Positions 30,350-41,459 of a stretch of 64,000 nt of DNA are shown in pieces. How positions within the stretch are numbered: position 1 is the first letter of the stretch; every line of letters begins with the position of its first letter. This stretch comes from Thermodesulfobacteriota bacterium (lineage in GTDB: Bacteria; Desulfobacterota_D; UBA1144; Nemesobacterales; UBA2774). Location: contig OY729416.1 in assembly GCA_963422265.1 (NCBI GenBank), positions 224,001 through 288,000 on the forward strand, written 5' to 3'. Below the pieces are notes generated by a model, which saw nothing but the letters and a program-made list of their open reading frames with translations, was not told the origin of the DNA and ran no database searches. The position numbers were made by a program, and so were the translations under genes.

Positions 30350-32175
30350 ATGAAAAGCATGATTCCACTTATTAAATTACCCAAATGGCAATTCGAGTTT
30401 GTTAGAGGTCGGCTTATCAGTTTCGCGTTTTGGGCGCTAGCCGTCATGGTTTTGGTCAATATACATTGGCTACATCTTTGGGGATTGCCCATGGTGCGAC
30501 CTGTTGGCTATGTGGTGATACTCATTGCTTGTCTGCTTCTGCTGGCATTGGTTGGCTTTAGAAGGTGGAAGTCTCCAGGAATGCCCGCCTTGTTGGTCTT
30601 CACCACAATAGCGTCTTATCTACTCATCGGCAGTGGCGTCTCATTTGTTACTGGTGCTGAATGGCAACAGGGAGTGGGTAAAAATATACTGCGTCAAGCC
30701 TTCTTTTTCATCATCCTGCTGGCGGTCACGCTCGGCAGCAGGATGATGCTGGAGCGAATCGGAATCGAGCAATTATTAAAAGGGGTACTTGTGATCCTAA
30801 TAGCGAGTTGCCTCATCGTTCTGGTCTCCCCGATCCTGCGTGATCTCGGCGTGCTGCCACTCTACAGATTGCCCTTTCGCTTTACTGGTGCCTTCACCGA
30901 TCCAAATGACGCCGGCTTCATTGGCTGCATGGCGATAGTTCTGGCGCTGGCATTTATATGCCACGGCGTCCAACGCAAACTCGCGTATCTAAGCCTGACG
31001 CTAGGTTACGGCGCGATACTGGTGTCGTTCTCAAAGTCGGCATCGTTACTTCTTTGCGTGTTATCGATTTTTGTTCTGCTGACGAACGGTTTTGGCAAAC
31101 GAAATCACATTCTCCGCTATCTGCCTATTCTGGGCTTGGGCGCTATCGTCATTCACCTGGACTTAGGTGGGCACCTAAACAAAGTCAACATATATCCTGA
31201 CTATAGCCGTAACACCTTCTGTTCCACGGTGTCCTCTAGTAACCCCGGCTTACGCAGCGATTGCAGCATTCTGCTAGCCGCGCGGGACCCCCTGTCTGGC
31301 GGTGTCGCACTGAACTGGAGCGATTCGGTTCCCATCCCCCTTTGGCAGGGAGTAATGCTTCAAGGGCGTGTTGTGGGGCTGGATTTATCGCACATGAATC
31401 TGAGTGGGCGTATTCCGCCGGAGCTTGGTGGATTAGACCAACTCGTCTTGCTGCGTCTTAACCACAATCGGCTCACTGGACCCATCCCGCTGGAATTGGG
31501 GAAGCTGTCAAACCTCATGGAGTTGAAAATCTCTGGACCCGTCCCGCTGGAATTGGGGAAGCTGATGAAAATGAACTCACTGAAAATGAACTCACTGGAC
31601 CCGTCCCGCTGGAGTTGGGGAAGCTGTCAAACCTCATGGAGTTAAATCTCGATGAAAATGAACTCACTGGCAGTGCCCCGGCAGAGTTCTTGGGTATGAA
31701 ATTTGGTCGTGATACCAGTTTGACCGTCGGTGGTGAGAAGCTTAAATACGGATTTTCAGGACGGCGAATCCACATGTGGCGATCCAGTCTCGATAAAATA
31801 TGGGAGTCGCCCATCCTCGGGAGCGGCATAGGCATCTTCCGGTCTCTTGATAGCGGCGCCCTCAACCATGAGGGCGAACCGGTGGGCATCCACAATACCT
31901 ACCTACGATTGATCGGTGAAGCAGGCATTGTCCCGTTGTTACTATACTGTCTTTTCCTCTTCTCATTGATGTGGTTACAGTGGGCTACTCCACGGTCACT
32001 GGCCAGAAGTGTAATCGTCGGTTGCACAATTGCCATTTCCTTATACTGCGTAGCCTTCCAGCATTTACTCACCATGGGGACGTGCATATTTTTTTCCGGT
32101 TTAAGTTGCGCGCTGGCAGCTACAATTATGGGTTCCCGGCTTCCTTCCAATTCAGCTAGCTACCGTCCGCGGTGA
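30350..32175 (+). pseudogene. O-antigen ligase/polymerase-like membrane protein with inserted LRR module, frameshifted within the LRRs (about 31520-31600)
   Basis: First frame: TMs, RFTGAFTDPND, SFSKSA, LRR cap and LRRs. Second frame: LRR end, SGRRIHMW...ESPILGSGIG...IHNTYLRLIGEAGI, TMs. Confidence 0.75.
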
Positions 32176-32219
32176 GTATATAGTGTATTATATCTGGCGT
32201 GGCGATTTAACACATATCT

Positions 32220-32432
32220 TTAAGAGAGAAGTTTCGTGTCATTTTTAAGAGCGTTAGATAATGTTCCACCTAGTGGTGGAGATAGCGTGTAGCGGGGTTT
32301 TGTCCTCACGCCCAATGCCTCTAGTTGCTTTGCCAGTTCTTTATACTGAGCAACAACTAATTTGGAAACATTCTGATTGCGCTCCAGTAATTTTTCCTGA
32401 AACAAGTCTGTTTTTCGGGTTTTATCGGGCAT
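32220..32432 (-). CDS. Small hypothetical protein, opposite strand to the island, preceded by a degraded ORF region
   Basis: 70-aa ORF with plausible helical composition; no motif recognised. Confidence 0.4.
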   Translation of the reverse strand: MPDKTRKTDLFQEKLLERNQNVSKLVVAQYKELAKQLEALGVRTKPRYTLSPPLGGTLSNALKNDTKLLS

Positions 32433-32873
32433 AATTAAAGGAGGTATTCATTTGTATGAATGAAAGAGTGTAATTTCTCTCGGAGCAAGTAGTCACTCAA
32501 ATAAGAACTGTATAAGTTCGAAACTAGTTTACAATGTACATACTTTAGTGCGGATAGGCAATGCCGGATGATATAAGTCGCAGCCTCCTCGCATATCTCA
32601 GATACAACTCGGCGGTGGATCAATAACTACTAAAAAGCCTTGAACTTGGAAAGCTTAAGACTTTCTGCTTTCTGTGCCACCATTTCTGCCTCTAGGCGGG
32701 AAACTATCCAGATTACTCCACGAGATGCCTTGTCAAGCACGGCATGACAGAAATGTTCATTACCGCCCCCTTGATTTTAGTGTGACTTATATTTACACTA
32801 GCAATTTATGATTTTTTGGAATTTTATCTAATGAAAATACTAGATGTTAAGAACGGAAGGAGTAGAGATAGAA

Positions 32874-34058
<1,185 letters not shown>

Positions 34059-34266
34059 TGCAAGATCGCCCATTTGGATTATCTGCTGGAGAATACGGCA
34101 TCATGGGTGGGCACAGTATAGAGCCAGCTGCGGTAATGTAATGGGTTAAGAGGTCACCCGAGCGCTCCTTGCCGTCGATGCCATATACGCCTGATCGAAT
34201 GCTGTAGTTGACAGTTATGCCGAGGTTATTGGATGGTTACAATAAACTTATGAACGTCTGACTAGA

Positions 34267-35403
34267 TTGCCTATCATGACGATTAGATTGCTTTGTATTC
34301 TGCCGATCGGTACGGATGCCAGGATTGCCAAGCGTATTGACATGTTGCGCCGGACGGGCTTTGAGGTCGAGGCTTCAGGTTTCGAACGCAAGCACTATCT
34401 CGGCCGCCGGCCGGAGTGTTCTTTCGAATCGTTGGGCAACCTTTCAAATGGGCGTTACGGCGTCCGAATGAGAAAGTTGTTGTCGGTAATTCCTAAAGTT
34501 CGGGCTGCGATGCAGCGCAATGACGTCGTCTATGCGTTCAATGTTGACATGGCATTTCTGGCTCTGATCTCGGGAACCGGATTGAGGGTGCCGGTCATTG
34601 TGGAGGTAGCAGATATAAGAGAGATTCAACTCTCTAGCCGTCCGATCGGCCGCGTGGTTCGGTGGGTTGACAAACTGACGACGCGCGCCTGTCGGCTTCT
34701 GGTGCTGTCAACCGATGGCTATTCCCATTACTACCGTAATCGGCTGGGAGTGCGCACGCCGATGGTAATCGTTGAAAACAAGATAGATAGATCGTTTGCT
34801 GCTAGTGTTCGCGCCAGGGGCGCGCATTTCCTGAGTGGCCGTCCGCTGTTGGACCGTCCGATGCGCATCGGTTGGTTCGGCTATCTGAGAGATGAATGGT
34901 CGCTGAGAGTTGTCGAGTCATTGATGCGGTCGACCGATCGGTTCCAAGTTGTTTTCGCGGGCTCGCAATCGGAACCTTTGCGGAAACTCATGGAGACACT
35001 GGGAGAAATGCCCAACAGCGAGGTTTTGGGGCCATTTGACCATCCGACAGATTTACCGATGCTTTACGAGCGCATCGATATGAGCCTGATCTGCTACCCG
35101 CCGGATGCGCCTCACGGCTGGTCTCAATCAAACAGATACTATGATGCTTGCTTGTTTCAGAAGCCAGTCATCGTCCGGGCTGGTTGTGGTGATGCCGATC
35201 GGGTGTCTCTGCACGACATTGGACTAGTTATCACTTCGTCCGAGTTTGAAGATGCGGAGGAGGAGATTCGCGGCATCTCGGCTGCGAAGTGGGAGCGCTG
35301 GCGGGCCAATATGGCGGCTTTGCCGCCCGAGGATTACACGATGAGGAATGAGGATGTCGTCCTGCGGGATGCAATCAAAGACATCGTGAGGGGATCGGCG
35401 TGA
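34267..35403 (+). CDS. GT-B fold glycosyltransferase (ExoL-like)
   Basis: EVADIREI, VENKI, IGWFGYLR, SNRYYDA...KPVIV. Confidence 0.75.
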   Translation: MPIMTIRLLCILPIGTDARIAKRIDMLRRTGFEVEASGFERKHYLGRRPECSFESLGNLSNGRYGVRMRKLLSVIPKVRAAMQRNDVVYAFNVDMAFLALISGTGLRVPVIVEVADIREIQLSSRPIGRVVRWVDKLTTRACRLLVLSTDGYSHYYRNRLGVRTPMVIVENKIDRSFAASVRARGAHFLSGRPLLDRPMRIGWFGYLRDEWSLRVVESLMRSTDRFQVVFAGSQSEPLRKLMETLGEMPNSEVLGPFDHPTDLPMLYERIDMSLICYPPDAPHGWSQSNRYYDACLFQKPVIVRAGCGDADRVSLHDIGLVITSSEFEDAEEEIRGISAAKWERWRANMAALPPEDYTMRNEDVVLRDAIKDIVRGSA

Positions 35404-38400
35404 ATTGGACTGGTGTTGCGAACATCGTCCACCGGCTTGCTGGACATCGTTACGCCGGCCGAGTTCGACATGCGTTAGTTGATGGTGCATCCGGACTCGG
35501 CGCGGTCGCCCGGCGCCTGTCGTTTCCCGGCGACAGTTTCATTCTGCTGGCTTTGCTGCTAGCGGCGAATTTCCTGCGCATCTACGTTCCCAGCATGGTT
35601 GCCGACGGGCTCTTCGGCGTGACGGTGCTGTTCCTCGCTCTCTCGCTGTTTCGGGGGCGGTTGCACGACGGCGCAAAGACGCCCCTCCTCTGCTTCGCGG
35701 CCTTGCTGGTGGTCTACGGCGTCGGCCTTGTCTTCTATTTCAGCGCACAGGGCGCGAGCAATTTTGCCGCGATTCTGTTCGCCGGCGTCATCTATGCGTT
35801 CTGCTACCAGAATGCCCCAACGCTGATTCGAGCAAAGTACGCCATTCCCCTCTTTCTGGTAGCGGCTCTGGCACTGTTTCCGCTGTACCTGCTACCGGCC
35901 GGACTCAACGCAAATAGCTTTAGCAGCATCTTCGGATACTTGTTGCTGACCGTCGGGCTTATCCTGATAGCCCGCTCTGAGTGCCGAAGAAAACGGCATT
36001 TATGGGCACACGTCTTGTTCTTGCTGGTTATGGCGATTGGCATCATTTTCGGAACCCGGATACTTGTACTTCTCGCGCTATTGGCTTACCCGCTGTACTG
36101 GAGCGGGTACTTTTTCCTGCGAAACCGATTGGGTGCCGGCGCGTGGGTGGTGACCGCGGGATTGCTGATCTGCTTTCCGATCGTGTTTTTGGGAACGCCT
36201 CACTTCAGTGAAGTCATAATGACACTCGAGAGCTTCAGTCGAAAGTATACGGGGAGCGGCATACAAACTGGACGTGAGACATTTTGGCGGCACTCGCTGG
36301 CCGCCATCTCTGAGTCCCCTTGGCTTGGCAGAGGTCCCGGCACAGGTCCCGGCACAGGTGTTTCAGGTCTGACGAACGGTGACTCGTCTTCCTCTGCGCG
36401 CCGACTGGACCTTCCTCCTTCCTGTTTGGACGCGTCGAACCAAGGCTTGATAGCCGACTGCGAGATTCTGCTCGGCGTGCGAAACACCCTGACCGGCGAT
36501 TCCGAACTTCACTACACATGGGTCCCGTCCCGCTCTCTGGATTCCTGGCAGGGCGTGACGGTAGGCGGCGCACCCGCTCGTGTGGTCGCGGTGAATTTGC
36601 CGAAGCAGGGATTGCGCGGCGCCGTTCCGCCCGAACTGGGGGGGCTGGATAAGCTAGAGTTTCTGAGGCTCAGCAAGAACTTCCTGACTGGACCCATTCC
36701 GCCGGAGTTGGGGCGGCTGGGCAACCTGCGGGTGCTGGCACTCGACGACAATGCGTTAAGCGGCCCTATTCCACCGGGGCTCGGGGCGCTCGAAAACCTC
36801 GAGGAACTGCGGCTGCGCGGCAACAGGCTGAGTGGCGAGGTGCCGCCGGAGCTGGAGGCGCTGGCCAACCTGTCGCTGCTACACCTCGCCGGCAACGACT
36901 TCACCGGCACCGTGCCGCCGGGGCTACGCGATGCGGCGGACCATGATCTCGACCGGGACCTGCTCTGCCTATCGGAGTCAGGTATAAAAGAGGGGCTGCT
37001 TGCTGACTGTGAGATTCTACTGGTAGCGCGGGACATACTGGCCGGCGACGCTGTTCTCAACTGGAAGCGCTCTAGACCCATCTCCATATGGCAAGGCGTA
37101 GCTATAGACGATACGGTGGAGGGATCGCGTGAGGGATTGCGTGTAGTTGCGCTGGACTTGACGGGGGTTGGACTGAGCGGAAGTATTCCATCCCAATTTG
37201 GCGAACTGGATCAACTTATCTCGATGCGTCTCGACGACAACAGGCTCACTGGCTCCATCCCGCTGGCATTGGGAAAGCTAATGTATCTGAAAGAGTTGCG
37301 CTTGGCAAACAATAAGTTGAGCGGCACGATCCCATCAGAGTTGGGATTGCTGTTCAGCCTGTCGGTTCTGCGTCTTGCCGGAAATGAGTTCGTGGGTGGT
37401 TTGCCATCGACGCTCGATCATGTTGTCAATCATGATCTCGGCATGGGACTATTCTGCATTCCCTCACCTCAAATCAGCTATGGCATGCTCAAGGATTGCA
37501 CGACTTTGTTGGAAGTGCGTGACGTTCTGGCGGGGGACGCCGACAACGATATGGTGCCTGATGTTGCTCTCGATTGGAAGCGCTCCAGACCCATCTCCAA
37601 GTGGCGGGGTGTGAAGTTAGGCGGTGCACCAGTGCGCGTGGTTGAGTTGAATTTGCAGAAGGCGAAGTTGGGCGGCATTATTCCACCGGAGTTGGGGCGG
37701 CTGGACCGGTTGGAAGTGCTGAGGCTCTTAGATAATCACCTGACCGGCCCGGTCCCGCCTGAGCTCGGGCGGCTGACCAATCTACGGATACTGGTGCTCG
37801 CCTACAACGCATTGACTGGTTCCGTCCCGGCCGAATTGGGTAAGCTTGAAAACCTAGAGGAGCTATGGCTGGCTGGTAACCGTCTCAGCGGCGTGGTGCC
37901 GCTGCAATTAGCGGCACTTAATAATTTATCTCTGCTGCGCCTTGCCGGCAACGAATTTTCCGGTGTCCTGCCGCGAAGGTTTTACGACGTGTTAAGCCAC
38001 GACATTGACTGGGAGGTACTCTGCATGCCATCACCGCATATTGGCGAAGGGTTACTTGCCGACTGCGAGACCCTGTTAGCGGCGCGGGATGATCTGGCGG
38101 GGGACGCTGTTTTAGACTGGAAGCGCTCCAGACCTATCTCCGCGTGGCAGGGCGTGGCTATAGATGATACAGTGGGTGGCGCACGGGTGGTCGCTCTGGA
38201 CTTGATGGGGGTTGGGCTGAGCGGGCGTATTCCATCCCAGCTCGGCAAACTGAAACAGCTTATTTCGATGCGTCTTGCTGACAACCGCTTGACTGGTTCC
38301 ATCCCGAAGTCACTTGGGTCTCTCAAGAACCTTGAGGAACTGTGGCTGCGCGGTAACCGGCTAAGTGATTCGGTGCCGTCTCAACTAACGAGGTTGAACA

Positions 38401-41400
38401 AACTGTCCGTGCTGCGTCTGGCTGGTAATAAATTCGCGGGCGACCTGCCGCCGGGGATGCGCGACGTGGCGAGCCATGATCTCGACCGGGAACTGCACTG
38501 TCCGGCCGCTCCTCGCAGCAACACCGGACTGGTCAATGATTGCGTCGTATTGTTGGAATTGCGAGACAGGCTGGCTGGGGACGCCACGCTCAACTGGAGC
38601 GCTGCGGTTCCCATAGATTTCTGGCAAGGCGTGACGGTGGTAGGGACGCCGGCCCGGGTGACGGAGCTAGACTTAGCAGGGACGGGTCTCAGCGGCATCG
38701 TCCCGCTGGAACTCTCGGAGCTTGACAGTCTGGAAGCGCTGAGGCTAAGCCAGAATGCCCTAACTGGACCCATTCCACCTGAGTTGGGGCAACTTACCAA
38801 CTTGCGCGAACTTCTACTTGGCGACAATGTCCTGAGCGGTGACATTCCGCCGGAACTGGGAGACCTGGAACAGCTACGATTGCTGCATCTGTACCAGAAC
38901 CGTCTCAGCGGTTCCATCCCACCTGAGCTGGGCGAGCTGCGCAATCTGCGCGGACTGAGTTTGGCTCTCAATCGTCTGACCGGGGCGATTCCAGCGGAGT
39001 TGGGCAGATTGAAGAACCTCCGATGGTTGAATCTCTGGCGCAACCGTCTATCCGGCCACATTCCATCGGTGCTAAAAAGGCTAGAGCAACTGGAGTTTGT
39101 CAGACTCTCGCACAATGAATTTGTTGGTGTGGTGCTAGAAGACTTTGGGAATGACGGTGCAGAACTGAAGCCTGCCACACCTGATCTGATACGCCCCGGT
39201 ACCAGCCCCGAACTGCTTGCTGATCGTGCCGTGCTGTTGGCGGTGCGCGATGTTCTTGCTGGTGATGGTGATGTGTCCTTGAACTGGAACGACTCGACCC
39301 CCATGGAGTATTGGGAGGGTGTCGTGCTGGGTGGTGCACCGGCGCGGGTGACAGCGCTGAATTTGCCGGAGAGGAGGCTGAGCGGTCACATTCCCCCGGA
39401 GTTGGGGAAACTAGACCGACTTGTGTCCCTCCGCCTCCATCGCAACCGCCTAACTGGGACTATTCCTCCCGAGCTAGGGAGGCTGTCCGAGTTGCGTGAG
39501 CTGGCGCTCGGCTCCAACACACTGAACGGCGAAATCCCCAAGCAGTTGGGAGACCTTGAGCAGTTGACCATGCTGCACCTGCGCCGGAATCAACTCTCCG
39601 GACAGATTCCAATGGATCTCGCTCGACTGATGGAGCTGCGAACCTTGTTGCTAGACTTCAATATCTTGAGTGGTAAGGTGCCGTCTGAACTCGCAAAACT
39701 CCCTAATTTGGAGGAACTGCGGCTTGCCGGTAATCAGGTGGATATCCCACCGGAGCTGGCGTCCATCGCCCCGTTGCTTCGAGGCGACATTGAGCCTGCA
39801 TCCTCGGACTCAGATGGTGTTCCCGTTGCCAATGAGACTGCGCGTCGCGCGGGTATGGATCTGTTCTGTCCGAACGCGGCAGCGAAGGGTGATGGCTTGG
39901 CTAGCGATTGCGCCGCACTGCTGGCCGCAAGGGATGCTCTGGCCGGGGAGCGTACATTGAACTGGAATCGCGCGCTGCCCATCGGCGCATGGCAGGGTGT
40001 CTCTGTCGGCGGACAGCCGCCGCGTGTGTTCGCGGTGAACCTGTCGCGAGTTGGGTTGTCCGGATACATTCCGTCGGAGCTGGGACAGTTGGAGAAACTT
40101 ATATGGTTGGATCTTAATGAGAATGCCTTGACCGGTGCAATTCCGCCAGAACTGGGGATGCTGTCCAGATTGCGCAGACTATCCTTTGCAGGCAACAAAC
40201 TGAGCGGTTCCATCCCGTCAGAATTGGGCAATCTGTCGACTCTGGAAGAGCTGCGGTTATCTGGTAATCGACTGACTGGACCTATCCCGGCGGAACTTGG
40301 GGCGCTGGGTGGCCTTTCAATGATGCAACTTGGCGGAAACGAATTCTCCGGTTGCCTCCCGTCGGAGCTGCGAGGTATGGCCGACCGCGAACTGGAGCTC
40401 GATCTACTCTGCGATTCTTCGATGGAGAGTGAACGGAGATTGCGCGAAGATGCCATTGCCCTTATGGAGCTGCGGGATATCCTAGCCGGTGGCGCTAGTC
40501 TGAACTGGAGCTATGAAAATCCCATCTCTTCCTGGGAGGGCGTTACCGTAGGACCGGTAAGCCCCGCTGGTCGAGAAGCGCAGGATAAAGGCGTGATGCA
40601 GGAAACCGAGCGTGTGATCGGGTTAGACTTGTCGGGGATGGATCTCGATGGCCGTCTGCCACCGGCGCTCGGACGCCTGGAAAAACTCATCTGGCTACGC
40701 CTCAACGACAACCGCCTGACCGGGCAGATTCCGCCGGAGCTAGGGCAGCTTGCCGACTTGCGTGAGCTCGGGCTTGAGTCTAATGCCCTGACTGGTTCCG
40801 TCCCGCCGGAGCTCGGACAGCTCGCGCATCTCTCGGAGTTGTGGCTCGGCGGCAATGGCTTGACCGGACCCATTCCGCCGGAGCTGACGTCGCTCGCTGC
40901 GCTGAGGGTTCTGCAGCTCGGCGGCAACGAATTGTCCGGCTGCATTCCGCAGTTCGGCAGTAGCGATGTGATGCGCTCGCTCTGGGCCTTGCTTGAGCTT
41001 CCATCTTGCGGGAGCGAAGCGACAGACAAGAGATTCTTCACCCTCGGCGAAGCCATCAGGAGCCTGAACAAGGCCGTGGATCCCTCGACTCCCGGCGGAA
41101 TCCCCCGATCTGCCCATAATCTGTTCTTGCAGGTGGGTCTGCAAACGGGGATTTTTGGTCTCAGCGCCCTCGGCCTTCTTTGCACGTCCCTGATTTTCAA
41201 CCTGCGAGCGCGAAGCGGAAGAAGGGTCACGCCGGTGCAGTGTTTTGCCGCAACCTGTACCACTGTTATCCTCATCCACAATACGTTTGAGGTCTTCCTG
41301 CTGCAAAACGCATTCACCGTGGGATGCGTCGCATGGATACTGATCGGCCTCGGCGCGGGGGTGGTCAATCACATCGGGCGTGTCCCCGAAAACCCGCTTG

Positions 41401-41459
41401 ATGCCGGCCCGCGAAACCATGAGCGATATACTATAACAACGAAAGTCCACGTGCCATGA
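35400..41459 (+). CDS. O-antigen ligase/polymerase (Wzy_C/WaaL-like) with 8 capped plant-type LRR modules inserted in its large loop (2019 aa)
   Basis: Multi-TM N-terminus with GTR, TGRETFW...ESPWLGRGPG, about 41 24-aa LRRs (LxGxIPxELGxLxxLxxLxLxxNxL), then SAHNLFLQVGLQTGIFGL and final TMs. Confidence 0.88.
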   Translation: MNWTGVANIVHRLAGHRYAGRVRHALVDGASGLGAVARRLSFPGDSFILLALLLAANFLRIYVPSMVADGLFGVTVLFLALSLFRGRLHDGAKTPLLCFAALLVVYGVGLVFYFSAQGASNFAAILFAGVIYAFCYQNAPTLIRAKYAIPLFLVAALALFPLYLLPAGLNANSFSSIFGYLLLTVGLILIARSECRRKRHLWAHVLFLLVMAIGIIFGTRILVLLALLAYPLYWSGYFFLRNRLGAGAWVVTAGLLICFPIVFLGTPHFSEVIMTLESFSRKYTGSGIQTGRETFWRHSLAAISESPWLGRGPGTGPGTGVSGLTNGDSSSSARRLDLPPSCLDASNQGLIADCEILLGVRNTLTGDSELHYTWVPSRSLDSWQGVTVGGAPARVVAVNLPKQGLRGAVPPELGGLDKLEFLRLSKNFLTGPIPPELGRLGNLRVLALDDNALSGPIPPGLGALENLEELRLRGNRLSGEVPPELEALANLSLLHLAGNDFTGTVPPGLRDAADHDLDRDLLCLSESGIKEGLLADCEILLVARDILAGDAVLNWKRSRPISIWQGVAIDDTVEGSREGLRVVALDLTGVGLSGSIPSQFGELDQLISMRLDDNRLTGSIPLALGKLMYLKELRLANNKLSGTIPSELGLLFSLSVLRLAGNEFVGGLPSTLDHVVNHDLGMGLFCIPSPQISYGMLKDCTTLLEVRDVLAGDADNDMVPDVALDWKRSRPISKWRGVKLGGAPVRVVELNLQKAKLGGIIPPELGRLDRLEVLRLLDNHLTGPVPPELGRLTNLRILVLAYNALTGSVPAELGKLENLEELWLAGNRLSGVVPLQLAALNNLSLLRLAGNEFSGVLPRRFYDVLSHDIDWEVLCMPSPHIGEGLLADCETLLAARDDLAGDAVLDWKRSRPISAWQGVAIDDTVGGARVVALDLMGVGLSGRIPSQLGKLKQLISMRLADNRLTGSIPKSLGSLKNLEELWLRGNRLSDSVPSQLTRLNKLSVLRLAGNKFAGDLPPGMRDVASHDLDRELHCPAAPRSNTGLVNDCVVLLELRDRLAGDATLNWSAAVPIDFWQGVTVVGTPARVTELDLAGTGLSGIVPLELSELDSLEALRLSQNALTGPIPPELGQLTNLRELLLGDNVLSGDIPPELGDLEQLRLLHLYQNRLSGSIPPELGELRNLRGLSLALNRLTGAIPAELGRLKNLRWLNLWRNRLSGHIPSVLKRLEQLEFVRLSHNEFVGVVLEDFGNDGAELKPATPDLIRPGTSPELLADRAVLLAVRDVLAGDGDVSLNWNDSTPMEYWEGVVLGGAPARVTALNLPERRLSGHIPPELGKLDRLVSLRLHRNRLTGTIPPELGRLSELRELALGSNTLNGEIPKQLGDLEQLTMLHLRRNQLSGQIPMDLARLMELRTLLLDFNILSGKVPSELAKLPNLEELRLAGNQVDIPPELASIAPLLRGDIEPASSDSDGVPVANETARRAGMDLFCPNAAAKGDGLASDCAALLAARDALAGERTLNWNRALPIGAWQGVSVGGQPPRVFAVNLSRVGLSGYIPSELGQLEKLIWLDLNENALTGAIPPELGMLSRLRRLSFAGNKLSGSIPSELGNLSTLEELRLSGNRLTGPIPAELGALGGLSMMQLGGNEFSGCLPSELRGMADRELELDLLCDSSMESERRLREDAIALMELRDILAGGASLNWSYENPISSWEGVTVGPVSPAGREAQDKGVMQETERVIGLDLSGMDLDGRLPPALGRLEKLIWLRLNDNRLTGQIPPELGQLADLRELGLESNALTGSVPPELGQLAHLSELWLGGNGLTGPIPPELTSLAALRVLQLGGNELSGCIPQFGSSDVMRSLWALLELPSCGSEATDKRFFTLGEAIRSLNKAVDPSTPGGIPRSAHNLFLQVGLQTGIFGLSALGLLCTSLIFNLRARSGRRVTPVQCFAATCTTVILIHNTFEVFLLQNAFTVGCVAWILIGLGAGVVNHIGRVPENPLDAGPRNHERYTITTKVHVP

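Noticed and set aside
35400-41459. LRR modules as targets of a diversity-generating retroelement
   Set aside because: No reverse transcriptase and no template/variable pair with adenine-specific differences seen.
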